DNA of 63,657 nucleotides, taken from assembly GCA_028534125.1 (NCBI GenBank), contig CM052825.1:27652344-27716000 (forward strand), in the 5' to 3' direction. The notes below the pieces were generated by a model. That model saw only the letters and a list, made by a program, of their open reading frames with translations. It was not told the DNA's origin and made no database searches. The position numbers were made by a program, and so were the translations under genes. Source of the DNA: Lama glama. Lineage: Eukaryota. Every line of letters starts with the position of its first letter. Position 1 is the stretch's first letter. This document shows positions 50,685 through 63,604 of this stretch, one piece after another.

Positions 50685-51567
50685 AAACAACAAAGTGCGG
50701 GCAAGGAGGTGGAGAAGCTGGAACCCTTGTGCACTGCCTGTGGGAGTATAAAATAGTGCAGCTCCTATGGAAAACCAATATGGTGGTCCCTCAAAAAAAT
50801 TAAACCTTGAATTACCATATGATTCAGCCATTGAACCTCTAGACATACACACAAAGGAACTGAAATCAAGGACTTGAACCGATAGGTGTATACGCGTGTT
50901 TATAGCGGCATTATTCACTATAGCCAAAGTGTGGAAATAACCCGGCGTTACCCCATGGAGGAGTAGATAGTCAGTATGGGGTCTCTACACGCAATGGAAT
51001 GTTAAGAAATCCTGACACATACTACTACATCGATGGACCCTGGGTGAAGACGTTATGCTAAATGAAATAAGCCAGATGCAAAGGAGCAAATAGTATATGG
51101 TTCCACTTATATTGGCATTAAAGACTGAATTATTCCCTGCTCTCAAATTCATATGTTGAAGCCCTACCCTCCACTATGACTGTATTTGGATACAGGGCCT
51201 TTAAGAAGTCAATTAAGGTCAAATAGGGTCCTAAGGATGGGTCCCAAATCTGATAGGACTGATGTCCTTATAAGAAGAGAAAGGGACACCAGAGATCTCT
51301 CTTTGTGCACCCAGAAGGCACAATGAGAAGGTGGCCGTCTACAAACTTGCCAGAGAGCCCTCATCAGAAACCAACCCTGAGGGCACCTGGAGTTTTGACT
51401 TCTAGCCTCCAGTATTGTGAGAAAATACATTTGCATGGTTTAAGCCACCCAGTCTGTGGTGTCTTGTTATGGCATATGATAGAATGAGATACTGAGGGTT
51501 GTCAGATTCAGAGAGACAGAAGGCAGAATTGTGGTTACCAGGAGCTGGGGGCTGGGAGAATGGGAGC
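50685..51567 (+). mobile_element. L1MB-like fragment interrupted by an MLT1 LTR
   Basis: 'gtggagaagctggaacccttgtgcactg...gaattaccatatgattcagc...aatagtatatggttccacttat' resumes at ~51486 as 'gagatactgag...gagacagaaggcagaattgtggttaccagg'. Confidence 0.8.
51113..51485 (+). mobile_element. MLT1A/B-like MaLR LTR
   Basis: 'gactgaatt...aaattcatatgttgaagcccta...tgactgtatttgga...gactgatgtccttataagaag...tttaagccacccagtctgtgg'. Confidence 0.85.
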
Positions 51568-51744
51568 NNNNNNNNNNNNNNNNNNNNNNNNNNNNNNNNN
51601 NNNNNNNNNNNNNNNNNNNNNNNNNNNNNNNNNNNNNNNNNNNNNNNNNNNNNNNNNNNNNNNNNNNNNNNNNNNNNNNNNNNNNNNNNNNNNNNNNNNN
51701 NNNNNNNNNNNNNNNNNNNNNNNNNNNNNNNNNNNNNNNNNNNN
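51568..51744. other. Assembly gap (N run)
   Basis: Run of N. Confidence 1.
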
Positions 51745-52250
51745 CACTCTAGTGGTCCCTCGCCACTCAGAATAAAACCCAATGTCCTTCGCTGAGCTCA
51801 CCTCCACTATTTTCCTGATTTACCTTCCTCCAGCCACAAAGGTCTCCTTCCTCTAGCTTGACCGTGTCCAGTACATTTCTGCCTCGGGGCCTTTGCACTT
51901 GCTCTTCTCTCATCTAAGATGCTCTTTCCCCAGATGGCTTCACAGCTCATCCCCTCACTTTCTTCAAGCCATTACTCACTCGTTGCTTCTCTTTAAATTG
52001 AAAATCTTATTCCCTTACCCTCAGCATTTCCCTTCTCTCTGCTTCATTTTTCTTCATAGTACATTTCCTCTTCTAAAACACCAACCATTTACTGATATTT
52101 CTTTTCCGTATTCTGTTTTTTCTAGCAGAATATAAGCATCACCAGGGCAGGACCTTCCTGTGTTTTGTTTGTTGAGTCTTCCATGCCTAGAGTGAGACTT
52201 AGCAAGTGACAGGTGCTGAATGCATATCTTTTGAATAAGTAAATGAATAT
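51745..52250 (+). mobile_element. L2 3' fragment
   Basis: 'ctcagaataaaaccc...gcctcggggcctttgcacttgct...gaatataagc...agggcagg...atgcctagag...ttgaataagtaaatgaat'. Confidence 0.7.
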
Positions 52251-52389
52251 TATGATTGCTTGTGTATGTGTGTCTGACATTTCCTCTAACTGGGGAGTTT
52301 CTTGAGGGTTGAAACTGTGTGTTTTTTTTTTCCACTTCTATTTCCAAAGCAACAAGAAAAAAATTCATGAAAAAGTAGATAGCAATAAA

Positions 52390-52535
52390 TATGGACGAAT
52401 GGATGGATGATGATGAATGATGGATGGATCGATAATGGATGGATAGTTGGATGGATGATGGATGGATGGATGATAAATGATGGATGAATAGGTGGATGGA
52501 TGGATGATGAATGAATGGGTGGATGCGTGGAAGGA
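52390..52535. repeat. (ATGG/ATG)n simple repeat
   Basis: Direct reading. It produces the H/P/S/I-rich pseudo-ORFs. Confidence 0.9.
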
Positions 52536-52956
52536 TAAAAAATACACAGTGATGGCTTTGAGTTGAAGGGAGATGGATTTGACTATCCCAAATCTGGAAT
52601 GGGAGAGAGACAGTAAGTCTGATTAAGGGCAGTCTCTGCTGATATGGACAGAGGTGTCTGGGGGGCATATTATTTTATGAGCCATCAGCTTCTCTTTGTT
52701 GTGGCCTCTGAGCCATAGCTTTTGCCTTCACCCCACATCTGCATGTAATAAAGCTTAGTTATGACATCCATATGTCTCTAATGCAAACACCAGGGCATAT
52801 ACTTCTAAAAAGCGCTATAAAGAGCAATGGCTCGAGAAGCAGCCCTTGCGAGCATGAGCTCTTTATTATTTTAAAGGGCATTTCAACGACACTGCTGAAT
52901 GTTCCCTGACCATAAGTCTGACTCCTGTCCTTTCCCTCTCTTTTCCCTCCTCTCAG

Positions 52957-53004
52957 GATATCAAAGCGGACTGCAGTACCTGTGTGGAAATAGAGGACAG
53001 AAAG
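52957..53004 (+). other. Candidate 48-nt internal exon (coding or non-coding; host gene unknown)
   Basis: CTGAC branch motif at 52918-22, ~30-nt polypyrimidine tract, CAG| acceptor and AAG|GTAAGT donor. Length is divisible by 3 and two of three frames are open (DIKADCSTCVEIEDRK; YQSGLQYLCGNRGQK). Confidence 0.45.
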
Positions 53005-54971
53005 GTAAGTCAGTATTTCTCATCCTTTTGGTTTCAAATGGAACGAGAACTCTGCGACTCAAGCCCAAGTGTTTAAGGCATGCCTTGCTGGACGCTGTCT
53101 TGCAAAGGTGACTCACGTGCTGAGCGTAGACACTTGAAGACAATCGTATTTTAAAATGCCTGTTTTTTTTTTTCTTTCTTTGCAATCGGTGTGAGATCTG
53201 ATAACTTCGACGAAGACTGCGTGATGTAACTGAGTGTTACAAAAATTCGCCTTGATTTTTGTCTTAGTCGCTTGCTTCTTGGGAAAGTAGCTCGTCAATC
53301 CTTAACTCATTTCACATTTTACTTGACTATCTTTAATGATGATGATATGGAATATGCTGCATATTACACAGAATTGTATACCATTGCATATATTACAGAA
53401 TGTATAATCATGGGCTTTTCAGGGTGTGTCCTAAAAAAACGGATCTGATCTATACACTTTGGCTTGAAAAAGAGCCTGCCCCGCTTTTCATCATGACCAA
53501 GTCATACGAGCAGTGATTTTCTATGTTATAAATGTGGTCATATGATGTCTGGGGGGGGGGCAGCAGAGAAGGGAGGTCATTTCCTACAGATTTTAGAGTT
53601 TCCCCCCCATTTATCTTCTCGTTACACTTGGTGTAGTTCTCTTCAGGGAAGGCACCGACAAGACAATTGTTTTGCACTTTAATATTTTCAGTCTCCCTTT
53701 ATTGGCAAGAGTTCAAAGAAGTTTCCGTGGCAGAGTGGATTTGAGCAGATCAAATTTTACCTTGAATGCCTCGGCTAAAAAGAGGTCAAATGAGTGAATT
53801 GAGGGTACCTATCTCCTGGCTACTTTTGACACCCTTCCAAAATTTTGAAAGATGTTCGTCCCTGTAACTGGACCATTATTGTCAAATGTGGTTATTATTT
53901 CAAGCAGAGGTTTTCAGCCCTGATTTTGTGATAGCTCGGTCATCTGCTGATGAATAAGGCGGCGAGGACATCTCAAAAACTAAATTTTTAAAGCTCTTAA
54001 AGAGAGGGCAGTTGCCATGCAAGATTTTAAGGGCCATTCATCTCATCACTTTGAAAGGAGTAATGAGACAGTGGCTTAAATCCGCACCCTGAGATGTTAG
54101 CTTAGTTCCAGTTGTGTGTCGCTCTAGTTTGCAGGCAAAGGTGTTTGTTTCAATGCGTATTTGCGTTCTCTGAGTGTTTACGTGCCGGTGTCCTTGCATG
54201 CGTGCATTTTGTGAGTTGGACCCATGGAATTTAGGCTGAAGATGCATCCACAGCCCTTTTTATCTGTTCCCACCAGCTCTGCCATCAGGAATCTGCCGGC
54301 AGCCACCCTGCTCCCCGTATCCCAGTAAAAGCCTGTTCCCTGCCCTGCTTCCAGAGTTCAAGGTCTTTTCCCTTCCCTTGGATTTTAATGGAATTCACAA
54401 GTGTGTTTCTGTTTAGATTTTTTCTTTTTGCCTGTTGGTTTTGTTTCACTATCTTTGCCCATAGTGTTTGAAAGATACCGGGAGAACTGAGGCTGTTCAA
54501 ACAACATCCTTTCTATCATCAACAAGATAAATGGACAACCAGGATACTCTCTGGGCAGCGCAAGGCGGCCACGCAGCTCCGCTCTGCTACCCAGACTGCC
54601 TTTGGTTCATATATCATGACGGGAATAATCCCCCAAGTCTGTGGATGCCCTCAGGTGATGACTGGAGGGAAGAAGTCATGTGTGATCATTCTGTACCTAG
54701 CTTCAGCTGCTTACAAAAGAGTGACCCAGACACAGGCACACCCAGAGGCATTTCTGTGCGTTGGCATAGGCTGTTGGCTTGAGTCAGACACTTCGAATGG
54801 GGCCTCATTTCTAGAGGACTTTCCTGTCTTTTTCTAACCTTGCCCATACACGGCTGATGATCTGTGAATTAACTGAATCTTTGACGGTAATTAACTGGGG
54901 ATGACTTTTGGCAACACAACCACCACAGTGCCTACTTACAGGAGGACTCCTCTTCCTCTGAATTCTGTTCT

Positions 54972-54974
<3 letters not shown>

Positions 54975-55006
<32 letters not shown>
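54975..55006. repeat. (TG)n microsatellite
   Basis: Direct reading. Confidence 0.95.
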
Positions 55007-55007
<1 letters not shown>

Positions 55008-56899
55008 TTCTTACATTGGGGCTGTCGCCTCTCTGGATCTCCTAACGTAGTGGGAAGTGGGAAGGAGGTGTTGGAGGTAGCTCTGCGTATCAGGGTGCCA
55101 TCTCTTAATGGAAGAGTCAAGATGCAAACCCTAGTCGCCCCAGAGGGCAGTGTCCCCCACCCTCAGTGGGAGAGTGGCCGTCCCACCCTCCGGACAGCGA
55201 CGCGGCATGAGGTCACGTGGGCAGACAGCCGCCTCAGCTTCTGGACTGCTCTTCCTCCCGTGTCTGGAACACACTCCGGACTTCTGTCACCCCGACGTAT
55301 AATTATGAAGTGTCACCACTGAAGCGATGACACTTGCTCGTGTATGGGTGTGCGTCCCTCTCCATTCATTCCGAATGCTTCGGGCAAAGTCCGTAATTTG
55401 ATAAAGTGGAATTGAAGTGACAAGAGATGACAGAGGTGCCAAAATAATAAGTCAGCCTGCCTCTGAAGAGGCAGCCCCTTGGCCTGAGTGGGGTTTTTTA
55501 TGAAAAACTGAGTGCTCCGAAGGAGAACTGGGAGAGGGTTTTTTTAAAGCTCAGTTTCCTTTAGTTACGGAAGCTGAACGTGGTGTCTGTAGGACGAGAC
55601 GGCTTCCCAAGAATGACTTCCCTTCGCCTTTTCTCCTTCCCCTTTCCCCTGCCTCCCCCTGCCGGCCTCCCTCCCCGAGTTCTGCATGCAGGGATGTGCT
55701 GGTGTGCTCACATCTGTCTGCACCTTTGTGTGTGGCTGGGCATCCTCTCCATGGAAGGATCTTAGACAACACAAGGTCTACAGTTTCCCGTAGCGCCCGC
55801 TGGGGTGTCCCGCCGCCACACACCCCGTCAGCATCCCGCCTCATCCCCTGCGCTTCCACTCAGCAGGGCCGCTCACCTTGAGAGGAGCCCTTTCCCCGCC
55901 GACTCCTAGACCAGATGTCGTGATGGCAGATCAATGGTGAATTTCAAGAGGTGAAGAGAGCCCTCATCTTAATGAAAAGCCATCAGATCTCTCTTCCTGG
56001 TCCCTGCACGGTCAGTCTGGGCTGTGAGGCCACTGAATGAGGGGGGGGTTTTGTTTTGTTTTGCCTTCCATTTCTCTCTTTGTTGGTTTGCTTGTTTGTT
56101 TTATTTTAACATCCTCGATGCCTGCTCTCCATCAGCCCTCAGTGAGCTGGCTGGCATTTAGGGAAGCTTGCCCGGTTGTCTGTGGAGGATTTCACGGTGT
56201 GGCCTGCTCTGTGGTTTCCATTTCCGTTTCTCTTTTGCTTCCAAGCCCCCGCAGTGAGCAGCAGCCCTGTGACTGGACCGGCTTTTGGACGACTTCCCGG
56301 CCGTTTCCTAAAATCCGCCAGGCGATGTCGATGTCACAGGGAGATCTTCCAGGCCGGAAGCACCTTCCTCCCAGAAGTGGGATTGTTTCCTCCCAGGGGC
56401 GAATGCAGCAGAGCTCACTGGGATTTAGCAAAGGCGATGTGAGGTCACACCCAGTCCCTCGGGGTCCCTGCACATCTGGCCTTGCAAAACCTCCTGTGTT
56501 TGACATCTCCAGGACCCCGGGGTGCTGGTGGGGAGCGGAGGCGTTTAAACTCATTTTTATTTGTGCTGTAAAATCCATCTGAATTTCAATACTATGATGA
56601 AGACCGCGGCTCAGGTGGTGAGAGCAGGGGCTGATGGATCAGTCGAGGGGAGAATCTGTCAGGAGGAGACGAGGGCCCATTTGTCAAAGGCTATAAACCC
56701 AGACAGGGTTTCCTCTCCTCACTTACGGCCTGGCCTGGTGCGGCGAAACAGTTTCAGATCTGCTATAAAATTGCCTGGAAGGAGTCTGAGTGGTTTTCAA
56801 AGTTAAGGCGACTTTCAGGTTGGGTCCGATCGAAGTTGGTGAGTAGGAGGTAGACACTGTGGTGCCGTGGTTAACGCTGCAAGTTGGGAGCTTTTCCTG

Positions 56900-57125
56900 T
56901 TTCGATACTTACCCTGGGCCGGGCATCCTTAAGTGCCGTCGGATACTTACAACAGCTTGTGTCCGACACAGTGTCAGTAGCCCTGTTATACATGGGGTAA
57001 AATGGAAGCTCAGACAGGTTAAGTGACTCGCCCAAGATCACTCAAGTTACATTCCAGGCCGGGACTTGAACTCAGAGACTCTTACTTCGGAGGCTGTGTC
57101 CTTAGCCGCGATGCTATACTGCCTT
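56900..57125 (-). mobile_element. MIR SINE
   Basis: 'gaagctcagacaggttaagtgactcgcccaagatcac...gccgggacttgaactcag'. Confidence 0.75.
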
Positions 57126-57266
57126 ACACATGCGTGGAAAGTGAATTATATGTGCAGAATGTGGGATTCACTGTTTCCAACGGATGAGTTTCTGCCTTCA
57201 CCCGCAGCTGAGTAAATAATCTAGTTTTCAATCTGGGACATCCTTTCAGCCTTGACATTTTATCTT

Positions 57267-57417
57267 ATTTTAAAATTTTATTTATTTTTATTCTTTCTGG
57301 TGGCAGAGGGGGTAATTAGGTTTTTATTTACTTATTTTAATGGAGGCACTGGGGATTGAACCCAGGACCCTGTGCACGCTAGGCACGCGCTCTACCCCTG
57401 AGCTATCCCCTCCCCCC
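57267..57417 (-). mobile_element. tRNA-derived SINE (Vic-1-like) with a diverged 18-bp TSD
   Basis: Minus strand reads ggggaggggatagctcaggggtagagcgcgtgcctagc...gggttcaatccccagtgcctccatt. Flanks are gccttgacattttatctt (57249-66) and gcctcggcattttagctt (57418-35). Confidence 0.9.
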
Positions 57418-60400
57418 GCCTCGGCATTTTAGCTTGAGCCGATTCACAGTAGAGATTTATCACAGTTTTGTCAAGCCTAAGCCTCTGGTGAGCTGTGGGT
57501 GCCCAGCCGGGAGGACCCAGGACATCTTCTGGTCTTGAGGACGAGACACAGTGGCCCCAGAATGCAGTCCTGGCTTCTGTTTCCAACAGACCCAGCTCAG
57601 TTTCTAGCTTTTACCTTTCCAACAGCATCTATGCAAAGATGAGAAAATTCCATGCTCAAAACACAGACGTGCACAGAGCGCACTGGTTAAAACCACAGGC
57701 TCTGAAGGCGGAAGGTCCTGGGCCTGAATCCCAGTTCTCCCACGTCGAAGCTCCGGGACCTTGGGAGGCCTTCTCACCCCGAATCAGTCTCCATTTGCCC
57801 ATCTGGAAATTGGGGACAATGAAATCCACTGGAAAAGCTGAGTTTGAGGTATCGACAAGGTAGTATGCAGAGCAGCGTGTTTTAAGCCTGGCACGAACTA
57901 AGAGCTCCATCAGCTGCTGCTGCTTTTTTTCTTGTCTTCACACATGTCCACACCCACAGGTGTTCCGTGCCGTTTATAATTAAATTCATTTCAAAAAATG
58001 AGTCCCCCAGAAAGTGTTACAGGGGCTCAGGGAAACCGGCAACCAATGGGACCTAGCGGGCTTCAAGGGTATCTTACAGGAGAAGGGATGCTTGGCCTAA
58101 GCCAGGAAATAATGAAGTCACCTATCTGCCAGGTCCAGGCAGGACTCGTAAATGACTGAAGGGAGAGAGAGGATGAATGCTGGGCGGTATGGAGGTTGGG
58201 GGGCAGCCTTGGACTCAAGGGCAGTGGCTCCACGTGCAGGAGCTGTCCTTCAGCTGCCTGCTGCCATGTGGAGTGTAGGTTCAGTGGTACCATTTACCAA
58301 GCCAATCTGGAAATCTGGACGTTAATGTCAAAACCACTAATTTTTAAACACCGTGCAAAGCCAAATAAAATGTATTTGCAGAAAAGATTCAAGATTCAAG
58401 GCTTGAGACTTACAAACTGAGTCTCAGTGGATTAGGGAGGGGTCTTGTGTGTGTAATTCCAGGGGTGGTGTCTGTTGAAGGCTCTCTCGGCAGAGGGAAC
58501 GGCGTGGTCAGTGACACAGGGCAGGCTCAGGGTAGACCCAGGTCCGGCGTGCATGTCCAGGCGTGGCTGGAGGGGAGACTGGTGTGGTGAGTAGGTAGGA
58601 GACTGTGGAGGGTTCTCGTCATGCCGATGGATTAGAGCTTTGCATCCATCTCCCTCCCACTGGAAGAGAGAGTCAGACAGGGCAGGTCCTTGTTGGATGA
58701 GGCCAGAATTGTATGGAATCAGGGAGGTCGTTGAAACTTTGAGTGACTACCTCAGCCAAAGAGGGAGTCATGAGGGAAGAGGAGGTGGGGCCGGAGCACA
58801 GAGATGGAGCCAGAGGCTGGCCCTGCGGAGCGCAGGGATGCAGGATGCGGGTGGCTCTGGCTAGAACAAGCCGACGTCAGCCAGGACTCTGGGAGATCAT
58901 GGTGCTGGGAGGCCAGCCAGGTGTCCTCTTGCTAAAGGTGTTTGACGAGAGAGGACCACGTTCCCTGCAGGCCAGCACTGCCAACGCGTGAGACTCAGAT
59001 GTCAGCTGATGGATGAGACGTCTGCAGATCAAATCACTTCATGAAGAAGTGACGGAGTTGTTCTCTGGTCACCTGTTTCTCAGACCTTGGGATTGCATTG
59101 GGGAGACATCATTTGGTTGGTTTTGGTTTGTTTTGTTTCTTCTGTAACAAACCTGAAGGCTGGCACATTTGCTAATGTACCTTTTAAACTGAGAGACCCA
59201 GAACCCTTGACAAGGAATTCTAATATCTTGCTGTATGTTAGTAACATTGTTTTACTTCTGAATGAGGGTTGCATTCTTTGTATGACAGAGGACACTGCTC
59301 TTTCCTTTCACTTCAAAAAACGATTTTCTTTTTAAAAAAGTCTACTTATGATTTTAAAAAATAATCTTAAATCTAGTAAGAACGAAACAATTGAGTTAAT
59401 GTCATGAAAATCAGATTCATGTAGAAAATTCGTGCAAATGGATTGCAAATCACAGGTGTTTAGGAAGCACTGTTTTCTAATGGTGGGTTTGCAATCAGGG
59501 AAGATGCTCGGGTTTGCATTTGGGAAGTTTCAAAGTCTACGTGCATACAAGGGTGACCAGAAGAGGGCCAGGATGAAATTAGAAGTCCAGGCTAGAGTGT
59601 AGACAGGAGGGCACCGGTCTGAACTACAGCCACCCAGGAGATGGAGAGGAAGGTCTGGATTTTCGAGTGAGTTAATCAGCCCTACCCACGTGGTTTGGTG
59701 GCTCTGACCACGGGGTCATGGACAGCTTCATCCAGGAACATGTCAGAGACTGCTTAGCTTAAGTACCTGTGTGCAGCTGGCTGCCATGAGGAGTGAGGGA
59801 GTTGATCAACGTGGACAATAAATTAATCTCCTGGATTTCAGAGGCTTAGGTGCCAGTGAGGTTGAAAATGAGCACAAAGCAGTCACCAGGGCTGCTTTTC
59901 TATTAGCACTGCTCTCTTGCTGTGGGGATGGGAGTGGATTAGTCCTCGGGGCTCTGACAGGCAGAACAAAGACAGAGAAGGCTCACTCCTTACCCAGAGG
60001 GGCTCTCCCAGAATGGGAACCATTCACGGACAAGTTTCTCATTAAAGACTGAAATGAGATACTTAAGGCAGACGAGGGCAGAGCCTGCAGTGAGCACCAT
60101 TTGATGAGACGAACAGAATGCATCTGGGGATTGGATTTCTTTCCTGCTCCAGATGTCCTTTGTTGAAGGCTGATTGTGTGTACGCATTACGTGGGAAGAG
60201 GCTGCAAGATTCCCAAACACTGTGGAAATGAAAATTAAAGCATCCCGGAGGAATGATATTTGAGTTGCAATTGATGGGGGACAAAAAGGGTAGAGGCTCC
60301 CTGGCAGGGTGCAGAGAGGAGAGTCTGGAGAAAGAAACTTTCAGGACTCTGGAACTGAACAGAGTTTTGTGGCTTAAGATGAGGCTGAAAAGTAGAAAAG

Positions 60401-61789
60401 GGTCAGGTCATCCAGAGCCTTACAAGCATGGGGAATGTTTGTCCTTTATCCTAGAATGATGTATCTCCTTTATCTGGAATGTGATCGGAGCATGTGAAAT
60501 GATCAGATACATAGAGACAACGTCAGTGCCTTGTGGGGTCTATACTTGATCATAGCTTATGCCTGACGGCTAAGACCTCCGATGGTCCCCCCCAGCCCCA
60601 CTGTCTCTGGTCACAGAGTGGGGCAGAGTTCTCGTACACCAGCAAAGACTTGACCTGCATTGCTTGGCTTTTCTGTTGTGCCCCCCCCCCCAATTCTACA
60701 TCTCATGCCAATTCCTCAAGACTGTGCATCTTCTTTAGATGATGAACTCTCATTCCTGTTGGGCAAGGTTCTCATTCCCAGTGTGTTCACAGCCACCCGC
60801 CAGCCTGTGGTTTGTCTGTGGTTAATGCTAACTCTTGCTCCTGCCATCTCCAGCCAAAGGATGGAGCCATTCAGCACAGGCAGAGCCACTCACATCTGGG
60901 GACCTGACTCAGCTCCTGTGCTCAGCGTGGGTTTGTGGCTGAGATCTGGGTGAGACTTGGTGTGTCCACCACAGGTAGACCCCACCCTATCCTTGCCCTC
61001 TGCTGGGAAGCATAGGAGAAAGCTAAATGTACAGCCACCACCTTCAGTTTTACGTGAACTTAGGGACTAGCCAAGTGGAGGGATGATAAGTCCAGTGTCT
61101 GGGATTGTGTGTTCAGAACCTCAGAGAGAAGGGGATGGAAGTCAACGCTGGAGAATAACCTTCACCCATTGCCCCCCAAATGGTGGATATGGGTTGCTAC
61201 CAAGAAATCCTCCGCATTTTTGTTCACATCTACGTAATTTGCTTCAAAAGACAATGTTGTATGGTGGAAAAGAGTTTCGGATACCAACAGATCCTAGTTC
61301 TGTTCTTTACTAGCTGTGAGATCTCAGAAAAGTCACATTAGCTTTCTGGTCCACAGTCACACCATCTGTCAAATGGGGATAGGTCAGGCATCCATGTGTT
61401 ATTTTTGCAGGCTGTATTAGTCGGGACGTATTCCACTGCATGATAGAAAACCAAATTGGACTAGCTTGAGGGAAAAAAAAAGACAGTTCTGAGATCAAAT
61501 GACAGTAAAATTGGGCTATCTTCTGGTCGAACTTAAAATTCAGATGAGATGACCACGGAAAGAGAAAGCGTCTTTCCCTATGGTTTTGGCACATTTCCGG
61601 AGGGTGAGTGACACACACTGGCTTCACCCCAGTCACTTCGCTGTGGGAAGCGGTCTCTGCTTGCCTGTCTGCCTCCACCCACAACCGGGAGTGGGAGGAG
61701 CCCCATTGGAACCACTTAAAAAAGGAGAATAAAGAAAACCTTTTTTATTTCAGAAGAGGAAATGGGTAGTAATGATTGCACCTCACATG

Positions 61790-62010
61790 TGTGGAACCCT
61801 GACTGTATGCCAGACATAGTTTTGGGTGCATCCTATGATTGAATCCTTACAGAGATCCTTTAAGATACTACAATATTGATCCCTGTTTTGCAGACACGAA
61901 AACTGAGGGAAGGAGGAGTTAACTAACGTGCCTGAGATCAGCCAGGCAGTCAGTATAGGATGGGCTTCAAACCCAGGTGGTCTGCTTTTGATCCTGAACC
62001 CTGAGGCCGT
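61790..62010 (-). mobile_element. MIR SINE
   Basis: 'ccctgttttgcagacacgaaaactgagg...gggcttcaaacccagg...tctg'. Confidence 0.65.
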
Positions 62011-63545
62011 GCCACCTCTTTGGAGGCTGCTGCACAGGGGAAAAACCAAACCAAAAAAACAAAAACAAAAACAAACCCAGCTCCTGAATGCACCATGGGC
62101 TCAGCGCCTGGCTCACAAGGAAATGATGGCACTATTTATGAGAATTATTGGTGCAGAGCACTCGACGGAACAGAAATAGCCCGGGCCGTTGCCAAATGAC
62201 ATTCTGTGGTGCATCTCCTACACGTAATTTCCCCTTAATAACTCATCCTAAGGTATTATCCCGAGGTCCTCAATGAGTCTGCTCTTCAGAGTGATCAGAA
62301 TACTCGTGGGTCCAGTTACTGCCTCACCTCCCTGCAGGACTGAGGGTTATTTTTGCAGACAAGAGCTTCTGAACTCCAGGAGGGGTCTCTGTGCCTGCCT
62401 TTTCTATTTTACCTGCAGGTTAACTGATGCTTTCTCTCTTATTGAACTTTGAAAATGAGATGTGAGTCATACTTTCCCTCTTTCCTTTATTTTAGGAAAA
62501 TTTGAAGATGGTGGTGGAGGGGGAAGGCATGTTAAAAACTGGGAGAGCTGCTCAAATGGATGTGGTGTGCAGTTAAATTAGTCTCTGATGGTCTGGCAAC
62601 CCAGATGACAGATGAGGAGGGGTTCTGGGGACACTGAGCAGTACCCTGAGCAAAGACGTAACACAGTGAGTGCCATGGAAAGCTATTGAGTGGATCCGGC
62701 CATGTGTCTGTTACACCCTCTTGTCAGCCTTGAAGTTGGCTTTGGGAAGCTCGTTTAAAGAATCACAGGTGTGACAGACTGGCTGAGAGCTTCAGCGCCT
62801 GGGTTTGGACCCTAGCTTGGCCACTTCCTCGTTATGTCACCTCTCAGATGCTCCAAGTTGTCATCTAAAATGGATAGAATAAGAGTAGCTACTTTCTGGG
62901 ATCGCCATGGGACTCAATGAGCTTGTGTACTTGGGGAACAGAGCATCCTGGCTGGGTGCTGGGTACACCTTCAATGAAAGCAAGCGACCTTAGTGTTGTA
63001 TCCTTATGTTTGCTTTCCTCCTACTCTTTCTTAATCCTCATCTCAGTTTCCTAGATCTCTGGTGGGACCAGAGAAGTTACATCTAGGAGCAGGTATGTAA
63101 GTAGCAAAGCTTAGCCTGAAGACCAGGTCCCCAGTTTCAAGTGTAGGGTTTTGTATGTCCTGCAGGTACTTATCAATCTGGGTCAGGGCACATGGAGAGA
63201 GTTGGAAAGCCTCATGAAAGGTGTAGGCCTGTGACTAGAAACGATTGAATCTCTGATGTCAACTCAGATTGATTGATTGTGGCTGCATGAGGAGTCTGAG
63301 CTGTGGGTTCTACCAGAAAGGGTGCGTGATTGATTAGTGATGCCTGCCAAAGGTGAAGGAGTGGGAGTTACAGCACGTGTGCCAGGAGTAGACTGTGCCT
63401 GGCCCGGAATTTGGCAACTGGTGAGTGAAACAAACCCCATTGCTCCGTATTGAAGCCCAAAGATGAAGAGAAGCAGACGCCTCATGCTTCTGTGAGATTC
63501 ATTCCTCGGTCTTCACTTTTGAGAAGACCCGTTTCTCCTGATATA

Positions 63546-63604
63546 TGATAGATTTGCAGTCTATCAAGGCATGGGCACGTTTATAAATAGTACATGCCTT
63601 GATA
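63546..63604. repeat. Degenerate palindrome / inverted repeat
   Basis: TATCAAGGCATG (63562-73) pairs with CATGCCTTGATA (63593-604) around a TTTATAAA centre. An overlapping TGATAGA/TCTATCA stem is also present. Confidence 0.8.

Noticed and set aside
52054-52668. Longest ORF in the window (204 aa)
   Set aside because: It runs through a (CCAT)n repeat and an L2 fragment and has no domain-like composition.
56037-56582. 181-aa ORF with a hydrophobic N-terminus
   Set aside because: The hydrophobic start comes from a (GTTT)n tract, there is no recognisable family, and overlapping ORFs on both strands reflect local GC richness.
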